Shown piece by piece: positions 9,181 through 19,336 of a stretch of 64,000 nt of DNA. Position 1 is the stretch's first letter; the number at the start of each line of letters is the position of its first letter. The notes under the pieces were generated by a model. The model did no database searches. It was not told the origin of the DNA and saw only the letters and a program-made list of their open reading frames with translations. This stretch comes from an archaeon (GTDB lineage Archaea; Nanobdellota; Nanobdellia; Woesearchaeales; UBA9642): the NCBI GenBank assembly GCA_020057295.1, contig JAGVGF010000006.1, positions 96,001 to 160,000 on the forward strand, given 5' to 3'. The translations under genes were made by a program, and so were the position numbers.

Positions 9181-9999
9181 TTATATTTTTTTCTCTATTG
9201 CTTGCGTTAAGTCCTTAATATTCTCTATGGCTATGATTAATTTAGGGTTCTTAATCTTTATATCATCAAAATGCAGTGTTATTTTGTCAGCAGTCTCTAA
9301 AATGTATCTTAACCAGAACTCTACACTCTTATCCTTCCATGAAATTTTATGTTCTTCAAGAAAATCTATGAACTTTGTTAACTTAGTTAATGAATCCTCA
9401 ATATTTGTTATCACCATCAAGTATTGTGAATCACTAATTTTATGTTTGTGAATATTCTTTACACTAAACATTGTGTCGATATCCAAAAATGTGACATATA
9501 ATCCGTCAATTATAGCTTCAATTTCTTTAATATCTACGTCATGTTTTGTCTTAGATTTGAATTCGGATTTTATCCTATCGATATCTGTTCTGAATATAGA
9601 CATTGTTAGTATCATGGTATTAATTTTTCTATCTTGCGTATGATGCACATGATAGTGAGGAAAAATATGTTTTTGTAATAGCTTATCAATTAGTATTAAT
9701 ATTAGTATCGCACTAAGTATCAACTGTATGTATATTACTATCTGTAATGTTGAACTTGCATTAATTTTTACAACACCGAATATCGTAGCTGTAAGAAAGC
9801 TCAAGTATAATGATTCTAACAACCCATTAAATGTAAAGGATATATTCAATCCATTAAAAGTTAATTCCGAAAAAATAAAAGGCAATAATGAATATATTAT
9901 TGCGAATAAGAATATAGAAATAAGCCACGACATAAAAAAATTTAGGAACGAAGTCTTTCTAATCCATTCAAATAATCCCACCTTTTCTGTCATGTCCAT
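9181..9999 (-). CDS. Potassium-channel-like 2TM protein with degenerate filter and helical C-domain
   Basis: TM - ESLYLSFLTATIFG - TM arrangement resembles the Ion_trans_2 pore (YFS..T.T.GYGD). Confidence 0.6.
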   Translation of the reverse strand: MDMTEKVGLFEWIRKTSFLNFFMSWLISIFLFAIIYSLLPFIFSELTFNGLNISFTFNGLLESLYLSFLTATIFGVVKINASSTLQIVIYIQLILSAILILILIDKLLQKHIFPHYHVHHTQDRKINTMILTMSIFRTDIDRIKSEFKSKTKHDVDIKEIEAIIDGLYVTFLDIDTMFSVKNIHKHKISDSQYLMVITNIEDSLTKLTKFIDFLEEHKISWKDKSVEFWLRYILETADKITLHFDDIKIKNPKLIIAIENIKDLTQAIEKKI

Positions 10000-10272
10000 A
10001 AAATGATATACTAAATTTATAAATATGATTATTTATTGATGACGCATTATTCAATAAGAGTTCTTAATGCTGAAAATAAACAAAAATAGAGACATTTTGT
10101 GCTTATTTAAGCATAAACCATAACATTTAAATATAACAACATACTAAAAGATATTCTAGTATACAAAAGAGTATATTTGATGAGAGTTTTAGATAATTGA
10201 AATATCAATAAATATCGACGGTAAAAAACATTTAACGGAACAATTAGAATCGTTGGAACAAAGTAGATTAAA

Positions 10273-12021
10273 ATGGAACAAGAATTAATGACATTAGGAA
10301 TACTATTCTTCTTTGCACTAGTAGGAGGAGTACTAGCATCAAAATTCAAACAACCCATGCTTATGGGATTATTATTAGTAGGTGCATTCATAGGACCACA
10401 CATGCTCGGATTAGTAGAAGATACTAATATGATTAACATGATGATAGATTTCGGAGCAATCCTTATGTTATTCATGATTGGCCTAGAATTTGATCTAAGC
10501 AAGTTAAGAAAAATCGGATTAAAGGCTATAATTGTCGGAGTACTAAAAAGTGCAATAGTTGTATTTGTAGGATTCAATGTAGGACTATTATTAGGATTAG
10601 GCGTACCAACATCATTATTCATCGGCATAATAATAGCATTTAGCAGTACTGTAGTAATTGTAAAAGTTTTAGAACAAAAAGAATTAATGAATAGACAAGA
10701 GGTACCATTGTTAATTGCTGTATTAATAATTGAGGATATCTTGGCAGTATTAATATTAACATTCTTTTCTGGGATGATGGATAAGAATGCTGGAATGATT
10801 AACACTGCACAAAATTTAGTAATATCTATGTGTTCATTAATAGTAGTATATATGCTATTCGTAAAAATTGTTAAACCAATATTAGTAGCAATATTAAAAG
10901 ATAACATGAGTGAAGAAGTAATGACATTCTTGGCATTAACATTATGCGCAGGATTCAGCGGATTAGCATACTACTTAAATTTAAGCCCAGCAGCAGGAGC
11001 ATTCCTAGCAGGAAGTATTATAGCATCGTTATCTGAAGCCAAGAGTTTTGAAAAAGCAATCGCACCATATAATCTAATAATCAGCAGTTTGTTTTTCATA
11101 GCAATAGGAACATTAGTAAATTTTGCATCAGTAAAAGTAAACATCATGTTAATACTCGTATTAGTACTAACAGTAATATTAACAAGACTGTTCGCCTTTG
11201 GACTAATAGTTTATCTATTCGCAAATTTCAAGGGAGATAAAATGTTTTTCAGCAGTATGGCTATGTTTAGCGTAGGAGAATTTGCATTATTAATAGCTCA
11301 ACAGAGTAAAAATTTCAATATAGGCATAGATTTAATGAGTATAAGCGCAGCGATAATATTTATTACAGCAGTTTTGATGTCATTAACATTAAACTATAGC
11401 GACAGATTGTATCAGCCAACTAGCGAGAGCGTACCATATGGATGGAGAAAGAAGATGGATAGATACGCAGGATACATCAAATCATTATCGGAAGAATTAG
11501 ACCTAGATAATAAATATAGCCAAAATTTAAGAAAGAATTTTTTCGGCACAATGATGGGAATACTAATAATCTTACTAACAATATTTGGATGGCGCAAGTT
11601 GTCAAGCATACTATCAATTAACGAAGTAAGTCAGACCATTATAACCACATCATATCTTGCAACAATCGCACTAATCATAATTACAATGTTTTATGTAATA
11701 TTCAAGAGCCAAAAAGTGTTAAAATCGTTGAGTGAAATATTTACTAATGCAACAAGCAATAGAAGTATCAAACATAGCAGACATATAGTTATTAGAGCAT
11801 TTATAGCATTCACATTATTAATAGTTGCTTTAATATTCCCTTTCATAATGTTCATGTTTGGATTACCAACAATATACGTATTAATACCCTTTGGACTATT
11901 AATATTATTTGGATGGCAAATACATAAACTATCAGACGCTACAGCAGATACAACCAGTAGCTTTCAAAGTGTAGAACATTGGCATAAAGAACACCATAAC
12001 AAACTAGGATGGAGAGCATAA
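10273..12021 (+). CDS. Cation:proton antiporter (CPA2/KefB-like) with extra C-terminal TM segments
   Basis: LLVGAFIGP, LFMIGLEFD, SSTVVIVKVL, LIIEDI, GAFLAG, FFIAIG, GEFA. Confidence 0.88.
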   Translation: MEQELMTLGILFFFALVGGVLASKFKQPMLMGLLLVGAFIGPHMLGLVEDTNMINMMIDFGAILMLFMIGLEFDLSKLRKIGLKAIIVGVLKSAIVVFVGFNVGLLLGLGVPTSLFIGIIIAFSSTVVIVKVLEQKELMNRQEVPLLIAVLIIEDILAVLILTFFSGMMDKNAGMINTAQNLVISMCSLIVVYMLFVKIVKPILVAILKDNMSEEVMTFLALTLCAGFSGLAYYLNLSPAAGAFLAGSIIASLSEAKSFEKAIAPYNLIISSLFFIAIGTLVNFASVKVNIMLILVLVLTVILTRLFAFGLIVYLFANFKGDKMFFSSMAMFSVGEFALLIAQQSKNFNIGIDLMSISAAIIFITAVLMSLTLNYSDRLYQPTSESVPYGWRKKMDRYAGYIKSLSEELDLDNKYSQNLRKNFFGTMMGILIILLTIFGWRKLSSILSINEVSQTIITTSYLATIALIIITMFYVIFKSQKVLKSLSEIFTNATSNRSIKHSRHIVIRAFIAFTLLIVALIFPFIMFMFGLPTIYVLIPFGLLILFGWQIHKLSDATADTTSSFQSVEHWHKEHHNKLGWRA

Positions 12022-12075
12022 TTAATTCGTGCGAAAATCATCTAAAGAAGAAATTTTTTATTTTATTCCATATTT

Positions 12076-14076
12076 TTATTCTATATACATTTCGTGTATT
12101 AATTCTATGAATGTAGTAATACTCCATGTTTGACACAAACATCCTCCGGATTTAAACCATCCGCTAGAGGCTAATTCTGAAGCGTAGCCAATAAATCCCC
12201 AGTACAGTATGTCTTGTGTTGATGCATGCATTATTTTTTGTATATAAGTATCATATTTTTCTTTATTTAATCTATACATTGCTATAGCAGCAAGATTGTT
12301 TATCCAGAACCAACTATCGCCGCGATGATAGCTTTTATTATCAATTCCTGTATAATATGGTTGATATAATCCGTTGCTCTTATCTATAGTGCTTAATCCA
12401 CCACATTTTACTGTATCTATATCCCATTCGCACCAAAGTTTACTTAGAGCATTGTCAAAAGTTGATTCCCAATCCTTAGGAGATACTAATTCAGGATATA
12501 AATAATAGGCTAAGAATATGTTAGGCCTAACAATTTCACTCATTGTGCAATCATATCCGTCGTTTAATACATTTAAGCCATTAACTCCTTTAAAGAATTT
12601 GTTACGTACAATCTCTGTTGTATCTTCTTCTAATTTTTTATAGTTATACTGATTATCTGTAATGCTTACAAGTTTTTCGTGTTTTTTAACAAACTTATTA
12701 GCTAAGTAATTATTCAATAGATTCATTAATTTTAACATGTTTAAAAATAGTGTTTGTATCTCTATCCTTGCACCCTCACGATAATCTGTATTATATGCTG
12801 AACCATTAAAGTATGTGTCCATCCATGTCTCCAGGTTACCATTAATTAATAATCCCTCCTTAGAATAATTCTTTAATAAAGATTTTATTGTGAACTGCAG
12901 CCTCTCTCTAATATATTTGAGATCATATAATGTGAAGTATACATCAAAATTATTACGTTGTTCGCAAATAATCATATAATCATATATTCTCTTAAATAGC
13001 CATCCTATACCATCAGCGTTGCCTAATTCTGTTGAAGGATATCTATTAGATAATCTACCATCAATTTTTATATCGGACAAGTATCTTAATATTATCTCCT
13101 TAGAACTTTCGTATCTATGTTCTAGAATTAATGCTTGCATAGATATTAGTTCGTCTCTAGCCCAGTATTGATGAAACCACGGAAGTCCAGCCCATAATCC
13201 GGTAACTTTCTTATGATCTACTTGTAAATGCATTAATAACCCATCAATAGCATGCACACAATTAGCATATGCCATTGCAACTTCTGGACCGGTGACTTTA
13301 TGTATTTCGCTCTTAGTCTTAATAACATTCTCAATATAATGATCATATACCGTTCCTATTTTTTCATCATTATCACTTATATCATTAACTTTAGATATTG
13401 CTTCTTCTTTATCATCACTAAATCCGAAATATAATTTAACATTTTTTTTGCACAACACTTGTAATGCATTATACACATAGCGCTCAGGATCGTTCTTTCT
13501 GTATGCATCATAGTGATAATATTTGTGAGACCACGTGTTTTTTAAAGTGTATCCAAAATTTGCGCCTTTAATTGCTAGATAAGATTTTTTAACCATTTCC
13601 TTTAATGATTCATCTCTATATTTAGTGTATTCAACAAGTAATATGTTCATGCCTTCCAATTTGTAAATTTTATAGATTCTTCCCTTATCATCAGAATCAT
13701 ATATTCCTCTAAAGTCTAAATCTATATTTATAAGTCCGTGGTACGATGATACATTGTATATCAAACCATTTTTTGCTATAACAAAATTCTCAATGACTTC
13801 AGAAGATCTGCGTTCAATGTTTGTGAAATTATTTATTAACTCAGTAGGATCTTTATCAATATATATGTTATCAACAGTCTTGTAGAGTGTAAATCCGTCG
13901 CTTGAACCTATCGCATTAAACCATCCTGTAAAATTTGTTATAGCATCTTTAGGATTAGCAGATAATGCAAAATAATGTCCGCGTCTACTAACTAAAAATA
14001 ATGACAGACCACGCTCTAAAGTATTACTAACATCTTTACTAACTTTTAATTTTTTTATCTTGTGTGTTATTAACAT
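12076..14076 (-). CDS. Amylo-alpha-1,6-glucosidase (glycogen debranching enzyme, GH133-like)
   Basis: AGLPWF..WARDE, TWMDT, R.GA.IEIQ, RPN, YHRGDSW, GC..QTWS. Confidence 0.85.
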   Translation of the reverse strand: MLITHKIKKLKVSKDVSNTLERGLSLFLVSRRGHYFALSANPKDAITNFTGWFNAIGSSDGFTLYKTVDNIYIDKDPTELINNFTNIERRSSEVIENFVIAKNGLIYNVSSYHGLINIDLDFRGIYDSDDKGRIYKIYKLEGMNILLVEYTKYRDESLKEMVKKSYLAIKGANFGYTLKNTWSHKYYHYDAYRKNDPERYVYNALQVLCKKNVKLYFGFSDDKEEAISKVNDISDNDEKIGTVYDHYIENVIKTKSEIHKVTGPEVAMAYANCVHAIDGLLMHLQVDHKKVTGLWAGLPWFHQYWARDELISMQALILEHRYESSKEIILRYLSDIKIDGRLSNRYPSTELGNADGIGWLFKRIYDYMIICEQRNNFDVYFTLYDLKYIRERLQFTIKSLLKNYSKEGLLINGNLETWMDTYFNGSAYNTDYREGARIEIQTLFLNMLKLMNLLNNYLANKFVKKHEKLVSITDNQYNYKKLEEDTTEIVRNKFFKGVNGLNVLNDGYDCTMSEIVRPNIFLAYYLYPELVSPKDWESTFDNALSKLWCEWDIDTVKCGGLSTIDKSNGLYQPYYTGIDNKSYHRGDSWFWINNLAAIAMYRLNKEKYDTYIQKIMHASTQDILYWGFIGYASELASSGWFKSGGCLCQTWSITTFIELIHEMYIE

Positions 14077-14157
14077 TTTATTTTCACAAAGCGAAAATAT
14101 AAAGCTATTAAGTGACAGTAATTAGCTGCTTATCTCTTAACGGTTATATTAATTATC

Positions 14158-15135
14158 TTACTGTTCTCCCCTGTAGAATCTTGCAGCTGTTTCTGGACTA
14201 ACCTGGTTAACAATGGTTTCTGAGCCATGTTCTACACCACCCCAAAGTTGTATCCTTGGAGTTATTTCTATATGGAAATGCAGAGTTTTAGCCGCAGGAT
14301 TATTCATATAACCTTTAGGCGTACAATGCAGATAATAATTATATGAACAATTCAAGTCTTTTAATCTGGACAAAACTCTCTTCATAATAGAAGCTAAATC
14401 TAAAAGGGCGTCATCACTAATTTCTGTAAGTGAGGCATAATGTTTTTTTGGGAAAATCCATATCTCATAATTAAATCTTGAGGCATAAGGAGTAAAAGCC
14501 ACGAAAGTATTATTCTCAAAACATCTTCTATAAGAAGCATTCTCTATATTTAATATTTCACAATGTGGGCAGGTTTGATAAGTATTAACAACAGTTAATT
14601 CTTCTCTTACTAATCTAGGAATATGCGCTAATGCTAATATTTGACTATGTGAATGTTTTACAGAAGTTCCTGCATCTTTACCATGATTCTTAAATAGATG
14701 AACATATTGTATGTGATCTTTAGAATATAACTCCTGCATTCTATTCTTATAGACTGTCAACAAGTTTTTTATTTCTACTTCATTAAAATCGTACAATTGT
14801 TTATTATGATCATTAGTTTCTGCAATAACTTCATGATATCCATAAGCATCAGAGAATGTAAAATATTTATTATCTGTCTGTATAAAATATTTACCAAGAG
14901 GTTCAACGATTGGAAATTTATTCTCAAACCATCTTATGATCCAAGGATTACCAAATCTACCTTTTTCTTTAGGTGTTAAATATTCATTTCCTGCACAAAA
15001 ATGACATGCAATTTGATTGTCAGAAAGATTGTTTGGATGAATAACACCATCTCTCCTAAAGCTATCAGGTCTTAATGTACGTTGCTCTGCAATTATTACA
15101 TATCGATCCAAAATATAATCCTTACGTAATTCCAT
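14158..15135 (-). CDS. galT: GalT-family sugar-1-phosphate nucleotidyltransferase
   Basis: ELRKD, R..RP, C.FC.GNE..TP, NKFP, GYHEVI, FKNHG..AG.S..HSHSQ. Confidence 0.88.
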   Translation of the reverse strand: MELRKDYILDRYVIIAEQRTLRPDSFRRDGVIHPNNLSDNQIACHFCAGNEYLTPKEKGRFGNPWIIRWFENKFPIVEPLGKYFIQTDNKYFTFSDAYGYHEVIAETNDHNKQLYDFNEVEIKNLLTVYKNRMQELYSKDHIQYVHLFKNHGKDAGTSVKHSHSQILALAHIPRLVREELTVVNTYQTCPHCEILNIENASYRRCFENNTFVAFTPYASRFNYEIWIFPKKHYASLTEISDDALLDLASIMKRVLSRLKDLNCSYNYYLHCTPKGYMNNPAAKTLHFHIEITPRIQLWGGVEHGSETIVNQVSPETAARFYRGEQ

Positions 15136-15189
15136 AAATTTTACCCCTGATAATTTCTTTTATAAATCTTAGTCGCGTATTTTTGAATT

Positions 15190-16980
15190 TTATTTACCTA
15201 TTTTTGCTAAGGCCATATTGTGTGCAGTGATATAATTTTCAGCAAATATCTTCCAATCTGCTAAACTTGCAAAATTTTTAGCATTTAATTTTGCATCTAT
15301 ACGTTGTTGCTGTGTAAATTTCGAAAATTTAAACATGATATTAGCAAAATCATCAACAACTTTATCTTCAGACTTATTTAATCGTTCAAGTAAATAAACA
15401 CCATCCTTACGAGCATCATGATTTTTAATGAATGCACCAAATCCGCTTAAATCAGTTGTGAGAGCTGGAACGCCCAATGCTACGCTTTCTAAAGGAGTGT
15501 ATCCCCAAGGTTCATAGTAACTAGCAAACAATCCTAAATGACATCCTATAATCGCATCGTAGTAAGGTAAATCAATGAATCCATCATTACCATCCATATA
15601 TACTGGCTCAATTATTACTTTAACCATATCTTCCTTGCGATTCATCAAACCATTTTGTTTAAAGGCTATTACAAGTGCATTATTTAATTCGTCAATGTTA
15701 TGTGTAGAAAATGGAGGATTGCCTTTACGTTCAAAAGCAATTAAATCTTTCTTTAAGTGAGTATTAAAAGTGTCATGAATTAATTCTTGCTCGGCATTAT
15801 CTTTTTTTGCCAACATATCATAAATCATTCTGGTTAATATTTCTGCACCATTACTATTAACATAATTTTTTATATGCATATAATAATTTTTATTTTCCAA
15901 GAGTTCAATCTTTAAACCATGATTCTCCATCGGTATCCAGAAAAACACTGTGACTGTATGAACATTAGATCCAGAATCTTTTTTCAATTGTTCATTAAGT
16001 TTGCCCAAAGCCTTTATTAGAATATCATATCCTTTATTTTTATATTCGTAACGTCCAATAGTATAAAATATTAAGTTTTTGTCCATATCAAAAGTGTAGT
16101 AAGGAAAATAAAAATATGTTAGGAATTCTCTAATTTTATCTCGTGATACTCTATGTTTTATTGATGTATCTTCAAAGCTTGGGAATTGTGCAATATCCAA
16201 ACCGTTAAACAACAATATGTCGGGTTTTCTTGATAAAAATCGTTCAGATTCTATACCAGTAATTTCCGATACTGTAGTAAATACGTCAGCATTTAAAGCT
16301 GCAGCTTTTTCAGTTAAATGTTTAGCTTCTACAGTAAATCTGTATGCTTCAGATAGCGGTTCTATATTATTAAGAGTATGATATAAATCGATGCCGTTGG
16401 AAGCTAAAGTTCTACCTAGAACAGTAGCATGAGTTGTAAATATTGTGCCTACAGATTTGCAATTCTTTTTTAAGTACAACAAACCGCATGCCGATAACCA
16501 TTCATGAAATTGTGCAACAACTTTTTTATCTCTTAATGATTTATCGTTTAAGGAACCGATGAGCTTTCCTGTACAATAAGACCATAACAATGGTTCTTCA
16601 AAATCCCAGTATCCTCTTAAAGAATCAATTTTATAATCGTTCCAAAACATTTCTTTAATATAATTTTTTTGATCGATAACACCCATAAATTCTATTAATA
16701 TAACCTTAGGCTTACCCTTAACATCTTCCCATGTACCAAAATGACATTTAATATTTTCGCGTGCTAAATCATCGAATACTTGTTTAAATTGTGCTGGAGG
16801 AGGAGATTCTGTAAGTTCTACACGAGCATTATTTTCAAAGTAGGGACCGATTAAGTAATAATTTTTATAATATGATTGCATCTGCTCTACTTTAGAAGTT
16901 AGCACAGTGTATATTCCGCCAACTTTATTACATACTTCCCATGACACTTCAAACATATAATCAGCCAGTGCATTAATCAT
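15190..16980 (-). CDS. Glycogen synthase, GT3 family
   Basis: FEVSWEVCNKVGGIYTV, FHEW, FTTHATVLGR, GRYEYKNKG, SYYEPWGYTPLE. Confidence 0.92.
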   Translation of the reverse strand: MINALADYMFEVSWEVCNKVGGIYTVLTSKVEQMQSYYKNYYLIGPYFENNARVELTESPPPAQFKQVFDDLARENIKCHFGTWEDVKGKPKVILIEFMGVIDQKNYIKEMFWNDYKIDSLRGYWDFEEPLLWSYCTGKLIGSLNDKSLRDKKVVAQFHEWLSACGLLYLKKNCKSVGTIFTTHATVLGRTLASNGIDLYHTLNNIEPLSEAYRFTVEAKHLTEKAAALNADVFTTVSEITGIESERFLSRKPDILLFNGLDIAQFPSFEDTSIKHRVSRDKIREFLTYFYFPYYTFDMDKNLIFYTIGRYEYKNKGYDILIKALGKLNEQLKKDSGSNVHTVTVFFWIPMENHGLKIELLENKNYYMHIKNYVNSNGAEILTRMIYDMLAKKDNAEQELIHDTFNTHLKKDLIAFERKGNPPFSTHNIDELNNALVIAFKQNGLMNRKEDMVKVIIEPVYMDGNDGFIDLPYYDAIIGCHLGLFASYYEPWGYTPLESVALGVPALTTDLSGFGAFIKNHDARKDGVYLLERLNKSEDKVVDDFANIMFKFSKFTQQQRIDAKLNAKNFASLADWKIFAENYITAHNMALAKIGK

Positions 16981-16988
16981 TTATTCAC

Positions 16989-17600
16989 CTATGACAATAA
17001 CTTATAAAGTAATAGTACAAAGATCAATATTATTAATATAAAATATAACAAAGTCCATAAAATATTTTCACGATAATCATCATCAATCTCTTTACCTAAA
17101 CCTTTTTCTGGACGATATTTGTCTTCTTCATTATGACCCATACTAGATAATTTCTTATCAGATAATTTTTTCCTAGAAAATACGTGAAACCATTTCTTTC
17201 TGTTTTTAGCATCTTTTAATTGTTCATGATTTTTTTCTGTGTTGCTCAACTCAGACATTACAACTTTTTTAGTTGATTCTCGAGTTCTTTCCATCTCCAC
17301 TTCTTTTCGAGTCATCTTCATTATAGACTCTTCAACAGCTATTTCATTAATTCTATCTTTGAGAATATTTACGGTAGTATTTTTTGATAACACATATCTT
17401 ATCTTATCAGCTAAATTCTTATCTAATAACACAAATTCTATCCAGTTAGAGAAATCATTTTTTTGAGTATTAACAAATTTCGAGAATGCTACATCAGAAA
17501 TCTTTTCTAAGGCTATGGTTAAATCTAATAAATTTCTTATTCTACTACCATCATGTAATACAAACTCTTTGTCATGCGGAGCATTTATCACCAAAATCAC
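16989..17600 (-). CDS. DUF5752-like domain protein with C-terminal TM anchor
   Basis: F.L.DG..I.NL..L...L..I.D..F...V...KNDF.NWI motif shared with the next ORF; hydrophobic C-terminus. Confidence 0.7.
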   Translation of the reverse strand: MILVINAPHDKEFVLHDGSRIRNLLDLTIALEKISDVAFSKFVNTQKNDFSNWIEFVLLDKNLADKIRYVLSKNTTVNILKDRINEIAVEESIMKMTRKEVEMERTRESTKKVVMSELSNTEKNHEQLKDAKNRKKWFHVFSRKKLSDKKLSSMGHNEEDKYRPEKGLGKEIDDDYRENILWTLLYFILIILIFVLLLYKLLS

Positions 17601-17626
17601 CTCTTTAAATAAAATTTATGATTAAA

Positions 17627-17977
17627 TTATTTTTTATTTAATTTTTCTAGTTTCTCGAATAAATATCTATACAATTCTATACTCATATCTAGTCTATTTC
17701 TTAAATTATGAATCTTCTTGGATAGATCCTCTTCTCTAAATACATCAGTTATCCAGTTCGCAAAGTCATTTCGTGTATCATTAACATGGTAACTAAACAT
17801 ATCATCGTTTATTGTTTGTAGAATATCTGCTAATTCTCTATAATTCTTTATCTGTCTTCCATCACACATCACAAAATATTTGTCAGGTGTTACCTCAACA
17901 AAAAGTGTATATTTTTTTGCTACAGGTTTAACGACGGATTTCTTTTGTTTCTCGATCGCACTTTTCTCCTTTTTCAC
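17627..17977 (-). CDS. DUF5752-like small soluble protein
   Basis: FVMCDGRQIKNYREL...FSYHVNDTRNDFANWI; GTG start with SD GAGGTGA. Confidence 0.75.
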   Translation of the reverse strand: MKKEKSAIEKQKKSVVKPVAKKYTLFVEVTPDKYFVMCDGRQIKNYRELADILQTINDDMFSYHVNDTRNDFANWITDVFREEDLSKKIHNLRNRLDMSIELYRYLFEKLEKLNKK

Positions 17978-18018
17978 ACTCTCACCTCTAATTTTAATTC
18001 TGAATAATTAATCGTAAT

Positions 18019-19302
18019 CTAACGGATTACTTCATTAAGCATTTTTGCCGGTCGATCAGTAATCCTATGTTGAACATGATATTTATCTTTTAATTCAATT
18101 ACTATGCTTTTTTCTTGAATATGTTTTTTCATTCTTAAAATTAAGTCATTAAGTATATTCATAAAATTAATGTATGATTCATAAGGTGTATCATAAGGGT
18201 TGAAATATTTATGTACGTCTCCATCATTAAAATATTTTGTACACATGTAATAAAAGTGATCACTAGTGGTAAGTTTTCTCCAATCTTCTAATAAAACTTT
18301 ATTATTTAATTCTTTAACCATTTTTTCTAGAGCATAAAGTTCAGTTAATGCAGAATTTTGCATGTTATTACCAATCCAAGCACTTAAATCTCTCTCAATA
18401 TCAGCCCATGATACAAAATTATGTATGTCTAACTCTGCTACAGGTTCATTAAGTGCTAATTCTGAAGGCCATACAAAATGCGTGTGAGGATTCTTAAATA
18501 ATTCGTGAGGTAAATGTCTTAAGAAATTAAATATTCCTGTATCTTCCCACTGATGTTCACCGAATGTTTCATAATCCATAAACAAATTAACAGAATGCTC
18601 TGCATGTTGATTTAACCAAGTAGCATATTTCTCCGCAGTTAAGGGATATTCTTTCCAAGACTTTTGTCCGAATCTGAAAGCTATATCATCACTTAACTTG
18701 TAATTTTTCAATAATAATTTTAAATTTTTAGTTGTTTTAGCTTTGTAAACATAATTCGGACTACGCCAATCTAAAATATGATCTGCGCCCTCAGCAAGTA
18801 CTGCTTTAAATCCTAAACTTTCAACAAAATGTGCTAATTCGTTATTAAATATTAATTCAGTATTTCTAAAGACGACAGGTTCTTGACCAAATAATTCTTT
18901 AATTTTTTTACGATGCAATTCTATCTGCGCTTTAAACTCTTCTTTAGAGTAAAGATAAGAAAGCGAATGATAATATGTTTCTGATAAGAATTCTACACAT
19001 CCTGTATCGGCTAATTTTTTGAATGATTCTAAGACTTCTGGAGCATACTTTTCAAATTGTTCTAACGCTACACCGGTTATACTATATGAGACTTTAAATT
19101 GCCTGCCTGACTTTTTGTAAGTGTGTATAAGATCAAGTATTGCTTTATTTGTTGGTAAATAACATTTTTTAGCAACCTTCTGCATTACTTCTTTATTTTT
19201 ATGCTCATCAAAATAGTCGCTAGTATTGCCTATATTAAATACCGAATACCTCTTCATTCTGTAAGGTTGGTGTACTTGAAAATAAAAACATACATTTGGC
19301 AT
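18019..19302 (-). CDS. Glycoside hydrolase family 57 (alpha-amylase type)
   Basis: YFQVHQP, ETYYHSL, FRNTEL, DYETFGEHQW, SWAD.ERD, SDHFYYM. Confidence 0.93.
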   Translation of the reverse strand: MPNVCFYFQVHQPYRMKRYSVFNIGNTSDYFDEHKNKEVMQKVAKKCYLPTNKAILDLIHTYKKSGRQFKVSYSITGVALEQFEKYAPEVLESFKKLADTGCVEFLSETYYHSLSYLYSKEEFKAQIELHRKKIKELFGQEPVVFRNTELIFNNELAHFVESLGFKAVLAEGADHILDWRSPNYVYKAKTTKNLKLLLKNYKLSDDIAFRFGQKSWKEYPLTAEKYATWLNQHAEHSVNLFMDYETFGEHQWEDTGIFNFLRHLPHELFKNPHTHFVWPSELALNEPVAELDIHNFVSWADIERDLSAWIGNNMQNSALTELYALEKMVKELNNKVLLEDWRKLTTSDHFYYMCTKYFNDGDVHKYFNPYDTPYESYINFMNILNDLILRMKKHIQEKSIVIELKDKYHVQHRITDRPAKMLNEVIR

Positions 19303-19336
19303 AATTAACTCACCTTATATAAAATTTGTACAATAA

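Noticed and set aside
10107-10907. 266-aa minus-strand ORF
   Set aside because: Antisense shadow of the CPA2 antiporter
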